In this document: piece after piece, positions 52,965 to 61,595 of the stretch | Layout of the letters: each line of letters begins with the position of its first letter | How positions within the stretch are numbered: the stretch's first letter is position 1 | Assembly: GCA_033549365.1 (NCBI GenBank) | Contig: JAWSUF010000004.1 | Coordinates: forward strand, 172,058-236,057 | Direction of reading: 5' to 3' | Origin: Acidobacteriota bacterium | GTDB lineage: Bacteria; Acidobacteriota; Aminicenantia; Aminicenantales; Saccharicenantaceae | DNA: 64,000 nucleotides | The notes under the pieces: generated by a model | Database searches by the model: none | The model's input: the letters and a program-made list of their open reading frames with translations, nothing else | Told to the model about the DNA's origin: nothing | Position numbers and translations under genes: made by a program

Positions 52965-54929
52965 TCACACCTTTTCGATCCGGATCGGAACGGCGGCGTC
53001 CTCTCCCCGGGAGGACGATCCCCATGCGGAGGGCAGAAGCCGGGCGATCGTCTCATGGAGAAAATAGGGGACGTAAGCCGCTCCCGGTTTCAGGGCTTTG
53101 GAGATTCGGGTGAACGAGGTCAGAGCGCCTTCGGCGGATGTCAGGGAGACCGGGGTTCTTTCCCGGAGCCCGAGGCGTTTGGCGTCCTCTTCGGCGATTT
53201 CAACGAACCCGTTGGGATAAAGAAGAAGGAGGGCGTTGTACTCTCGCATGGGAATCTGGGTTCTGCGCATGATGGTGTTCCGATGCCAGAAGTGATTGGC
53301 CTCACCCGTCAGAAGAAGGAAGGGATACTCCTCGCTTGTTTCCGGGACTTGAAAAGCACCGGAAATCGGGGCGAAAGCCGGAGTCCCGGCTCCGGCGCCT
53401 TGCCACTGAATCCCGAAATCTTTTTCGAGTTTCGCATAGGTGACTCCGGAATAGGCCGGGACGACTTTGGCAATCTCCCGCATCACATTCTCCGGCGACC
53501 GGAAGCCCCAGTCCTGTTTTCGCCGGGCCGCGATTTCGCTGAAGATCCGCCAGGCCGGCAGCGCGTCCGGCGGAGCCTCGGCTTTGGCCCGGCTGAGCTG
53601 GATTCTCCGTTCAGTGTTGGTGAAGGTGCCGTCTGTTTCGACATAAGAGGCTGCGGGAAGGACGACATGGGCCGATTCCAGGAACGGATTGGCGTAGGCT
53701 CCTGTATAGACGACGAAATCGAGGCTGCGGATCCGTTCGGCGAAACGGCCGGTGTCTTCATCGTGATCCATGACCACGAGGGCTTTCAGCTTTTTTTCGG
53801 GATCGGCCAGTAAGGCGTTGACTTCGAATCCGGCGGTCGTTGTCGGCGCTTTCTCCCAGACGGTTTTCAGGCGCTCCGCGGCCGCGGCATCCCCGACCGG
53901 GGCATAACCCGGCCAGAGGTCGTGAACGGCGCCCATATCGTAGCCGCCGACGATATTGCAGATGCCCGTGATGGGATTGATGCCGCAGCCTTCCCGGCCG
54001 GCATGTCCGGAGAGAAGAAACAGGTTGTGGAGCACGGCGATCGTGTCGCGGTCGAGGCCGGAAATCCCCGAAGAGAAGAAAGCCATGGCCCGCTTCGCTC
54101 CGGCCAGCCGGAGGGCGACGCCGCGAATGTCATCGGAACTCAATCCGGTCAGACGTTCGATATCGGGCATGTTCAGGCCCCGGAGCGATTCGGCGAAGGC
54201 CTCGAAACCCGAATTGCGGTTGTCGGCGAACTCCCGGGCGGCCCGGCCGTCCTCGATGAGCGTCTTGGCCATGGCAGCCAGAACGAGGGCGATTGTACCG
54301 GGTTTGTTCTGTATGTGGGTGCGGCTGAGTTCCGCAATTTGGGTCCGCCTGGCCCCGATCGTCACGAGGTCCGCGCCCTGAAGTGCGGCCAGATGAAGAT
54401 CGCTCCCGACAATCGGGTTCTGGCGTGTGATGTCCGCGCCTGCGACAAGGAGAAAGTCGGCCTTGGCGATGTCGGCCAGCGAGCCCGGCATTGCTGGGAT
54501 TCCGCAGCTTCCACCCAGAACGTCGACCGCCTCGCGGTGGCCGTCGTCCGAAAGGAGGGAGATGTTGTTCGAGCCGAGGACGGAACGGGCCAGCTTGACC
54601 AGGGAATAGATGTCCTCGTTCGAAGCGCGGGGAGACGCCCAGAAGGCCGCTTCGGATCCGGCGAAGCCGCCCAGGCGGTCGGCGACCAGATCCAGGGCTT
54701 CGGAGAGCGGGACCTTCTCGAAATGTCCGTTTCTCCGGACAAGAGGATGGAGAATGCGCTCCTTTGTCCCCAGAAGTTCATGGATATGCCAGCCTCGGAC
54801 ACACAGCCGGCCCTTGCCGACGGGATGCCCGGGGGAGGCGAAAACCCCCGTGATGGACCCGTTTTCAACTCTGAGGTTGTGTCCGCAGCCCGTGCCGCAG
54901 AAGTTGCATACGCCCGGTTTGTAGGTCAT
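52965..54929 (-). CDS. FdhF-like molybdopterin (Mo/W-bisPGD) oxidoreductase subunit with Gly in place of the Sec/Cys Mo ligand
   Basis: Trimmed to MTYKPGVCNFCGTGCGHNL... (GAGGAG ribosome-binding site). The N-terminal 4Fe-4S motif is CxxCxxxC...C. Its collinearity with E. coli FdhF (to the extent I recall that sequence correctly) includes the segment ARSVLGSNNISLLSDDGHREAV, corresponding to ARAVIGTNNVDCCARVUHGPSV. The position equivalent to Sec140 is Gly, preceded by Asp-Asp. Confidence 0.8.
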   Translation of the reverse strand: MTYKPGVCNFCGTGCGHNLRVENGSITGVFASPGHPVGKGRLCVRGWHIHELLGTKERILHPLVRRNGHFEKVPLSEALDLVADRLGGFAGSEAAFWASPRASNEDIYSLVKLARSVLGSNNISLLSDDGHREAVDVLGGSCGIPAMPGSLADIAKADFLLVAGADITRQNPIVGSDLHLAALQGADLVTIGARRTQIAELSRTHIQNKPGTIALVLAAMAKTLIEDGRAAREFADNRNSGFEAFAESLRGLNMPDIERLTGLSSDDIRGVALRLAGAKRAMAFFSSGISGLDRDTIAVLHNLFLLSGHAGREGCGINPITGICNIVGGYDMGAVHDLWPGYAPVGDAAAAERLKTVWEKAPTTTAGFEVNALLADPEKKLKALVVMDHDEDTGRFAERIRSLDFVVYTGAYANPFLESAHVVLPAASYVETDGTFTNTERRIQLSRAKAEAPPDALPAWRIFSEIAARRKQDWGFRSPENVMREIAKVVPAYSGVTYAKLEKDFGIQWQGAGAGTPAFAPISGAFQVPETSEEYPFLLLTGEANHFWHRNTIMRRTQIPMREYNALLLLYPNGFVEIAEEDAKRLGLRERTPVSLTSAEGALTSFTRISKALKPGAAYVPYFLHETIARLLPSAWGSSSRGEDAAVPIRIEKV

Positions 54930-55412
54930 GCCGCATGCTCCTCTGTGATTTCGTCCGGTGGGAAGTTTGAAACTGTTACAAATAATGGCTTTCCGGCACT
55001 CATCCCGGACGCTCATGCCGAAATCCGGAGTGTTCTCCGCCGAAAAGGGAGAACGGGATTATCGGCTTGAGAGGTATTTTAAACATAGAAAGGAGGATTT
55101 GTAAAGCAAAACCGGGTTTTTCACGCCGTTTACTCACCGTTCCGGGAGGCGCCTGCGGAACTCGCACATTTGAGCGTGAGTCTTCAGGATATCTAACACA
55201 TCAGACCGCTTATCCGATGGCCGGTTCAAGCTCAGACATCCTCGGCGCCCAAAACCAGGGTTCCCTCCCGAAACGCCTCGTAAAGGCCATCATGATCTAT
55301 TCACGATTTGAGGCGGCTGCAGATGCAAGGCGCGGAGGGTGAAGCTGTACTCTTCAGTACTGCGAACCCTTCGCAACGAGGCAGATGTGGCCGAATCGGA
55401 TCGCCTGAAGGG

Positions 55413-55454
55413 TTAAAATGCCGGCTTTAAATAGGAAGCTCTGCGGCATTTTAA
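55413..55454 (-). terminator. Putative intrinsic terminator hairpin downstream of the 55520-56023 gene
   Basis: A perfect 9-bp inverted repeat AAAATGCCG...CGGCATTTT with a 20-nt loop lies about 70 nt after the stop. A- and U-tracts flank it, so it could act as a bidirectional hairpin. Confidence 0.35.
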
Positions 55455-55519
55455 TGAAGAGATCAGGATGAACCCGAACATGGTCGCTGCAGATGCCTCG
55501 GGCTGCCCCTGATTAAATA

Positions 55520-56023
55520 TCATGAGGAGAGGGTGAGTTTGGCGAGGTGGAAGCGCACGAGGTACAGGATATTATAGAGGGCGCTGATGCCGCCCATGAA
55601 CCGCTCCTTGATCATGCCCTTCGGAATCTCCTCGACGGACGCTTTGATGCTGTCGAGTTCGGAGGCCAGTTTGGCGGCATCGCGCTCCGCTTCCCGGAGG
55701 CCGGAGCGGGCGGCGATTTCGGCGATGGCGGCGGGAATTCGGGCGATTTCCTGAAAAGCCGCACGGAGCAGATCCCGCTTTTCCGCCGGGAAACTCCGGA
55801 CCATCTTTTCAATGACACAGATTCGGACCAGAGCATATCCGATATGGACGGCGGCCATGTCTCTGTCGTGGAAGCGTTCGGGGTAACGCTTGAGATAAGC
55901 TTCGCCCAGCCGGATCATGTCCTCGGTTTCAAAGGGAAAATCGCCGTTGAATGAAACGAGCGTTTTCCGGAAGGCCTCAAGGTCCGGGTTCCGGACAAAA
56001 ACCTCGGCGGGACTTGGATTCAT
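55520..56023 (-). CDS. Hypothetical protein
   Basis: 167 aa ORF, the only long ORF here. It has a plausible ribosome-binding site context and I recognise no family. Confidence 0.4.
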   Translation of the reverse strand: MNPSPAEVFVRNPDLEAFRKTLVSFNGDFPFETEDMIRLGEAYLKRYPERFHDRDMAAVHIGYALVRICVIEKMVRSFPAEKRDLLRAAFQEIARIPAAIAEIAARSGLREAERDAAKLASELDSIKASVEEIPKGMIKERFMGGISALYNILYLVRFHLAKLTLSS

Positions 56024-56041
56024 GAAGTCCGGCGCCGGAAT

Positions 56042-56419
56042 TCAGGATTTCGGGAGCGCCTTGGCCAGGACCGAGAGAAGGACGTCGAAGTTGACGGGCT
56101 TCTGAAAAACGCCGTTGAATCCGAGATCGGCCGGATTGATGTTTCGGGCCGTGGCATCTCCGATCGTGCTCAGGAGGTAGACCGGGACATCCGGACGCTC
56201 GTCCTTGAGGACCTTGGCCACCTTGGCTCCGGCATCCACGTCCTCCATCATCATGTCGCAGAGGACAATGTCCGGCTTCATGACCCGGAATTTTTCCAGA
56301 CCTTCCTTGCCGCTGATTGCGGTTTCCGTCGTGTAGCCGTTTCCGTCCAGAATGGCCTTTACGGATTCATTGATGGCGGGGTCGTCGTCGATGACGAGAA
56401 CTTTCCTTTTTTCAGTCAT
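56042..56419 (-). CDS. Single-domain response regulator (REC only), paralogue of the 45034-45444 gene
   Basis: 125 aa: KVLVIDDDPAI, phospho-acceptor DIVLCDMMMEDVDAGAKVA, LLSTI, QKP. It shares the unusual D-x-MME-x-D-AG segment with the other REC protein. Confidence 0.8.
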   Translation of the reverse strand: MTEKRKVLVIDDDPAINESVKAILDGNGYTTETAISGKEGLEKFRVMKPDIVLCDMMMEDVDAGAKVAKVLKDERPDVPVYLLSTIGDATARNINPADLGFNGVFQKPVNFDVLLSVLAKALPKS

Positions 56420-56458
56420 GTCAACCTCCGGGGGAAATCCTTTCCTTTTATATCACAG

Positions 56459-57847
56459 TCAGGGGCTTGATGAAAGATCCTTTCGGGAACGGGATTTACG
56501 GAAAAACAGATAAACCGGGACGCCCAACAGGACCGTCAGAACGGCCAGCGAGGATTCGAAGGGCCTTTCGAAATAGGACAGAATGAGAACGGCGGCACCG
56601 GCGGTCAGATAGATGACGGGAGCCAGGGGAAACAGGGGGAATTTCAACAGGCGGTGGCCCTTCCTTCTCAACTTGAAGACACCCCACACCGCAAGAAGGG
56701 GAAAGAGGCCGAGCGAGAAACCCATGTAGGTTAAAAGCTGATCGAAGGTTCCCAGAAGGACCATGATCGAGGCGATCGCTCCCTGAAGAAGGATGGCCCG
56801 GGCCGGGACGCCGAACTTGGGATGAACGACGGCCAGAGACTTGAAGAAGTGGCCGTCCCGGGCCATGGCGTAATAGACCCGGGGTCCGAGAATGATGAAG
56901 GCGCTCAGCGACGAGAACAAAGCGAAGGAGACAAAGACGGCGATCACGGTTTCAACCGCCGGACCGAAAAGACTTCCCGCGGCCAGCGCCGCGATGGAGA
57001 TGACGCCTTCCATCTCACCGGGCGGCACGGCATAAACATAAAAGAGATTGAGCGAGAGATAGAGAAGCGTCACAAGCCCCGTTCCCAGCAGAAGCGAGCG
57101 GGGGAGGTTGCGGGCGGGATTTTTGGCTTCGGATCCGAGGTAGGCCGAGGCGTTCCAGCCGGAATAGGCGAAGAGGATCCACATCAGGGACAGCCCGGCC
57201 GTCTTCCAGGCGGCAAAGCCCGTGCCCGGCCCCGGTCCTGTGGTCAAATGCGTCAGACTTCCCTTACCAAGAGCGAATCCGCCGGCGACCAGACCGACGA
57301 CCAGAGCGACTTTGAGAATGGTCAGGAAGTTCTGGACGCGCGTGCCGAGTTCCAATCCCCGGGTGTGGAGGAGCGTGAAGGCGAGAATGACGGCGATGGC
57401 CAGGGCTTTTTTCCCAACCAAAGAGACCGTCCCTTCGGGCAGCAGCCCGGGAAAGGCCCGGACGAGGTATTCCGTGAATCCGATGGCCGAGGCGGCGATG
57501 GGAGCCGAAAAGCCGACGAAGAAGGAAACCCAGCCGCTCAGAAATCCGGGGAGCGGATGATAGATTCTCGATAGAAAGGCATATTCGCCGCCGGCGTGGG
57601 GGAGAGCCGCGCCGAGTTCGCCGTAGCTCAAAGCGCCGCAGAGGGCGATCAGTCCGCCGACGGCCCAGAGAAGAAGCATCAAGCCGGGATCCCGGAGATC
57701 CCTCATCAGGAGTCCGGAAGTCGTGAAGATCCCGGCGCCGATCATGTTGGCCACGACGATATTGGTCAGAGGGAAAAGGCCCAGCGTTCGCCGCAGGCCG
57801 TTTGCGGTTTCGGGAGAGGCGGCCGAAGCCGGGGATGTCGTTTTCAT
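56459..57847 (-). CDS. APC-superfamily amino acid permease
   Basis: Trimmed to MKTTSPASAASPETANGLRRTLGLFPLTNIVVANMIGAGIFTTSG... It has 12 transmembrane helices and the amino-acid permease signature. Confidence 0.8.
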   Translation of the reverse strand: MKTTSPASAASPETANGLRRTLGLFPLTNIVVANMIGAGIFTTSGLLMRDLRDPGLMLLLWAVGGLIALCGALSYGELGAALPHAGGEYAFLSRIYHPLPGFLSGWVSFFVGFSAPIAASAIGFTEYLVRAFPGLLPEGTVSLVGKKALAIAVILAFTLLHTRGLELGTRVQNFLTILKVALVVGLVAGGFALGKGSLTHLTTGPGPGTGFAAWKTAGLSLMWILFAYSGWNASAYLGSEAKNPARNLPRSLLLGTGLVTLLYLSLNLFYVYAVPPGEMEGVISIAALAAGSLFGPAVETVIAVFVSFALFSSLSAFIILGPRVYYAMARDGHFFKSLAVVHPKFGVPARAILLQGAIASIMVLLGTFDQLLTYMGFSLGLFPLLAVWGVFKLRRKGHRLLKFPLFPLAPVIYLTAGAAVLILSYFERPFESSLAVLTVLLGVPVYLFFRKSRSRKDLSSSP

Positions 57848-57997
57848 GGCGTCACGTCCCGCTGGAAATATCAGAAACGCCATCATACAGAAAAAATTCG
57901 TTTCTGACAAAAGAATTCGAACTTGGCGGGCACTTTACATGTCCCGTCCGAACGGCTAAAATACCGTCAACGCAAATGATTCATGCAGGAGGTATTC

Positions 57998-58465
57998 ATG
58001 AAAGGCGATAAGAAGCTCATCGAGGTTTTGAACTCTCTTCTTGCGGACGAGCTGACGGCCATCAATCAGTACATGGTCCATTCAGAAATGTGTGAAGGAT
58101 GGGGTTACGGCAAGCTTCACAAGGTCATCGAAAAACGGGCCATCGACGAGATGAAGCATGCCGAAAAGCTCATCGGCCGCATCCTATTCCTCGAAGGCAT
58201 TCCGATCGTCAGCGAACTCAAAAAGCTCCATATCGGGTCCGATATCGAGAAGATGTTCGCCAGCGACCGGGCCTCCGAGTTCGACGCCATCAAAGCTTAC
58301 AACAAGGCCATCAAGCTGGCCGGAGACGTCGGGGATTTTGCCACGCGCGGCATCCTGGAAGACATCCTCAAGGATGAGGACCAGCATGTCGACGAGATTG
58401 AAGAGGTCCAGGATCAGATCGGCCACATGACCCTTCCCATCTTCCTGACTACCCAGGTCGGTTGA
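57998..58465 (+). CDS. bfr: Bacterioferritin
   Basis: MKGDKKLIEVLNSLLADELTAINQYMVHSEMCEGWGY... (GGAGG ribosome-binding site). The haem-binding Met and the ferroxidase glutamates and histidines lie in a ferritin-like four-helix bundle, about 155 aa. Confidence 0.9.
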   Translation: MKGDKKLIEVLNSLLADELTAINQYMVHSEMCEGWGYGKLHKVIEKRAIDEMKHAEKLIGRILFLEGIPIVSELKKLHIGSDIEKMFASDRASEFDAIKAYNKAIKLAGDVGDFATRGILEDILKDEDQHVDEIEEVQDQIGHMTLPIFLTTQVG

Positions 58466-58542
58466 GCCTTCGGGAAGACGGCTGCATTTTTTCGGTTCGG
58501 CGGTGATGAACCACCCGGGATCGGAAAGCCTGCGGAAAAGGG

Positions 58543-59190
58543 ATGATCATGAAAGATGAACATCCGGAACGGAATGCGTTGATCTGGCCCGCTCTTTTCT
58601 GGGGCGGTGCCTGGGGTCTTTTCGAGGCGACCTTCGGTCATGTCCTGCATATGGCCCGCATCCCGGGACTGCCCGCTCTCATCATGTTTCCGATCGGCGC
58701 GGCCCTCATGATGCGGGCCTGGCGTGAGACCGGCCGCCTGCAGGCGATTCTGATCTGCGGGGCGGCGGCCGCCTCCGTGAAGCTCGGCGGCCTGCTGATT
58801 CCCGCCGTCGATGTCTTTGCGGTCGTCAACCCGGCCCGGGCCATCCTCCTCCAATCCCTGGCTTTCGCCGGTATCACCGCGGTGGCCGGGAATCGTCGCT
58901 TTTCCCTGCCGTTTTCCGCTTTCGTTGCGGTGTCCCTTTCCTGGCGGTTGTTTTATGCCGGGCTGGCCCTGGCCGAGGGCCGGTGGTGGGGATTCGCCAA
59001 CATTTCCGATTCGACTCTTTCAATCCCGGTTTTTGTTCTTGCCGCAGGGATTGCGGGCGCCGTTCCGGCTTTTGCGGCATGCGAAATCCTTTCTCCGGGC
59101 AAACAGGCTTTTCGTCCGGCCGTCCGCAAAAGCCCGGCGGTCGCCCTCGCTCTGGTAGCGGCCGCGCTGGCCGCGGAATTTTTGATTTGA
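58543..59190 (+). CDS. Hypothetical polytopic membrane protein
   Basis: 215 aa, hydrophobic, and I recognise no family. It ends 23 nt before dmsA. Confidence 0.4.
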   Translation: MIMKDEHPERNALIWPALFWGGAWGLFEATFGHVLHMARIPGLPALIMFPIGAALMMRAWRETGRLQAILICGAAAASVKLGGLLIPAVDVFAVVNPARAILLQSLAFAGITAVAGNRRFSLPFSAFVAVSLSWRLFYAGLALAEGRWWGFANISDSTLSIPVFVLAAGIAGAVPAFAACEILSPGKQAFRPAVRKSPAVALALVAAALAAEFLI

Positions 59191-59213
59191 AGCGTCACAT
59201 TGATTTTGCCCCC

Positions 59214-61595
59214 ATGAGCCGGCGGAGTTTCCTCCGCTGGAGCGCCCTTGTCGGTTCCTCCGCGGTCGCCGTGAAAGGCGCCTCGGCTTCGAAGAGATTG
59301 TTTGTTCCCGCTTCCGCCGAGATCCCGGTCGGCGGGTCCTCGACCGAACGCATGATCCGGGTCGGCTGTCCCTCCCACAACTGCGGCGGGCGCTGTCTTC
59401 TCCGGGTCACCGTGAAAGACGGCGTCATTGTCCGAATCGATGGTGACGACAGGCCATACGACGGGGTTGACGATCCCCAACTCAGACCCTGCATCCGGGG
59501 CCGGGCCTACCGGCGCCGCCAATATCATCCGGACCGGCTTAAATACCCCCTGCGCCGCATCGGCAAACGCGGCGAGGGGAAATTCGAACGGGTGTCCTGG
59601 GACGAGACGCTGGACCTTATGGCCTCCGAACTCCGGCGAATCCGGGACGCTTATGGGAACGAAGCCCTTTATGTGCCCTACGGGACGGGAAGCTACAACC
59701 AGACGAACGGCCGCCAGACGGCCCAGCGGCTCCTCAATCTTTTCGGCGGCTGCCTGGGGTTTTACAACAGTTACTCCTGGGCCTGCATCTCCGCCGCGAC
59801 GCCCTATGTTTACGGAACGTCCGTCACCGGCAACCAGCGCCAGGACTGGCTGAACTCGCGCTACATCCTGATGTGGGGCTGGAACCCCGCCGAGATGCGC
59901 GACGGAACGAACACGGAGTACATTCTCAGGAAAGCGCGCGAAAAGGGAGCCCGGACGGTCTGCATCGATCCGCGCATGACCCTGAGCGCCGTCTCCCTGG
60001 CCGACGAATGGATCCCGATCCGCCCGGGAACGGATGCGGCCATGATGTCGGCCATGGCCCATGTCATGATCGAGGAAAATCTGGTCGACGCGGCGTTCAT
60101 CAAAACCCACTGCGTCGGCTTCGATGCCGAAACCCTGCCTGAAGGCGCGGAGGGCGCCGAAAGTTACAAGGACTACATCCTGGGGACGCGCGACGGCGTT
60201 CCCAAGACGCCCGACTGGGCGGAGCCGCTGACGGGGATACCTCGGGCGACCATCGCCCGCATCGCCCGTGAATACGCCACGATCAAGCCGGGCGTTCTCT
60301 ACCAGGGCTATGGGATGCAGCGGCGAGCCTACGGCGAGCAGGTCGTCCGGGCCGGTTGTGTTCTGGCCGCGATCACGGGGAACGTCGGCATCTCCGGCGG
60401 ATGGGCGAGCGGCATCGCGCTTCAGGCCCCCGACGGCGGCCCGTTCTGGCTGGTTTTTCCGACCGGGCGCAACCCCGTTCGGGCCATGATCCCGTCCTAC
60501 CTCTGGACCGAAGCGGTTTTGCGCGGCAAAGGCATGGGCCCCGAGGACGGTCTTCGCGGCGCCGAGCGTCTGGAGACCGACATCAAGCTCATTTATGCCG
60601 TGGCCTCGAACGCCATCGTCAACCAGCACGGCAACGTCAACCGGACGGCCGAGATCCTGAAGGACGAAAGCCGCGTGGAATTCCTGGCCGTCCAGGACAA
60701 TTTTCTGACTCCGACGGCCCGTTTCGCCGACCTCGTCCTTCCGGTTTGCACCCAATTCGAAACCTGGGGGCTTGAGGACGGTTGGAAATACGGCGACGAG
60801 GTCATTCTGATGCCCCGGATCGTCGATCCGCCCTTCGAGACGAAAAGCGACTATGCCATCTGCGCCGGGATCGCCGAGCGCCTGGGTTTTGGTGAAGCCT
60901 ACACCGAGGGCCGGACGGAAAAAGACTGGATCCGCTGGTCTTTGGACTATTACCGGAAAACGCGGTTTCCGGGCCTGCCGAGCCTGGAAGAGTTCGAGGA
61001 GAAAAATCTCGGCGTTTACTCCGTCCCCGTCACCAAGCCCGCCGTCGCTTTCGAGGCTTTCCGGAAGGACCCCGTCAAGCATCCCCTGCCGACGCCGTCC
61101 GGGAAAATCGAGATCTTCTCGAAACGCCTTCACGACATGAATCAACCGGACGAAATCCCGGCCGTTCCCAAGTATATTCAGGAATGGGAAAGTCCCTTCG
61201 GTCCCGAAGCGGAAAAATATCCGTTGTCGGCCGTCGGCCACCACTATCTCTCGCGCGTCCATTCCACCATGGAGAACTTGGACTGGCTGGAGGAGGCCTT
61301 CCCCCAGCGCCTGTTCATCAATCCTCTGGATGCGGCCCCGCGCAAGATTTCGAACGGAGATCCGGTCCGGGTCTATAACGATCGGGGAGCCGTCGTGCTG
61401 CCCTGCCGAATCACCCCCCGGATCATGCCCGGCGTCGTGGCCATTCCCCAGGGCGCCTGGTGGACGCCCGGACCGGACGGCGTCGACCGTCGCGGATCCG
61501 TCAACGTTCTGAGTTCAGAGCGCTGGACACCCCTGGCTTTCGGAAACGCCCAGCACACGATCATGGTCCAGGTCGAAAAGGCGGAAAAGACATGA
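59214..61595 (+). CDS. dmsA: Anaerobic DMSO-reductase-family catalytic subunit A with a Tat signal
   Basis: Trimmed to MSRRSFLRWSALVGSSAVAV (Tat signal). It is collinear with E. coli DmsA: RQYHPDRLKYPLRRIGKRGEGKFERVSWDE, IDPRMT, VAIPQGAWWTPG, and the C-terminal MVQVEKAEK. The N-terminal Fe-S motif is CPSHNCGGRC. Confidence 0.9.
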   Translation: MSRRSFLRWSALVGSSAVAVKGASASKRLFVPASAEIPVGGSSTERMIRVGCPSHNCGGRCLLRVTVKDGVIVRIDGDDRPYDGVDDPQLRPCIRGRAYRRRQYHPDRLKYPLRRIGKRGEGKFERVSWDETLDLMASELRRIRDAYGNEALYVPYGTGSYNQTNGRQTAQRLLNLFGGCLGFYNSYSWACISAATPYVYGTSVTGNQRQDWLNSRYILMWGWNPAEMRDGTNTEYILRKAREKGARTVCIDPRMTLSAVSLADEWIPIRPGTDAAMMSAMAHVMIEENLVDAAFIKTHCVGFDAETLPEGAEGAESYKDYILGTRDGVPKTPDWAEPLTGIPRATIARIAREYATIKPGVLYQGYGMQRRAYGEQVVRAGCVLAAITGNVGISGGWASGIALQAPDGGPFWLVFPTGRNPVRAMIPSYLWTEAVLRGKGMGPEDGLRGAERLETDIKLIYAVASNAIVNQHGNVNRTAEILKDESRVEFLAVQDNFLTPTARFADLVLPVCTQFETWGLEDGWKYGDEVILMPRIVDPPFETKSDYAICAGIAERLGFGEAYTEGRTEKDWIRWSLDYYRKTRFPGLPSLEEFEEKNLGVYSVPVTKPAVAFEAFRKDPVKHPLPTPSGKIEIFSKRLHDMNQPDEIPAVPKYIQEWESPFGPEAEKYPLSAVGHHYLSRVHSTMENLDWLEEAFPQRLFINPLDAAPRKISNGDPVRVYNDRGAVVLPCRITPRIMPGVVAIPQGAWWTPGPDGVDRRGSVNVLSSERWTPLAFGNAQHTIMVQVEKAEKT

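Noticed and set aside
52965-54929. Possibility of a selenocysteine (in-frame UGA) in the FdhF-like gene
   Set aside because: The frame is open with no internal TGA. The residue aligned with FdhF Sec140 is a genuine GGN glycine codon, so selenocysteine recoding is not involved.
47721-55070. Plus-strand ORFs 47721-49187, 49979-51094, 51481-52899, 53055-53813 and 53922-55070
   Set aside because: They are antisense to the hydrogenase large subunit, HyfB-like, HydG/HydB-like and FdhF-like genes. Those genes carry diagnostic metal-binding motifs, so the minus-strand reading is clearly the correct one.
55067-55342. 91-aa plus-strand ORF inside the long hydrogenase leader
   Set aside because: It has no ribosome-binding site and no family resemblance, and it lies in a region better explained as a structured non-coding leader. 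It was kept only as part of the leader finding.
16605-58983. N-terminal extensions of track ORFs: glk to 17741, GDE to 23373, rdhA to 24858, SLC13 to 37764, hybrid HK to 43820, HyfB-like to 51742, HydB-like to 53025, FdhF-like to 55016, APC to 57910, dmsA from 58983, and others
   Set aside because: The extensions are Arg/Pro/Gly-rich, lack homology, and would overlap upstream genes. Internal ATG or GTG codons with Shine-Dalgarno sequences, often forming ATGA overlaps with the upstream stop, give family-typical N-termini, so the starts were trimmed.
58953-61262. 769-aa minus-strand ORF
   Set aside because: It is antisense to dmsA, which is collinear with E. coli DmsA over its whole length.
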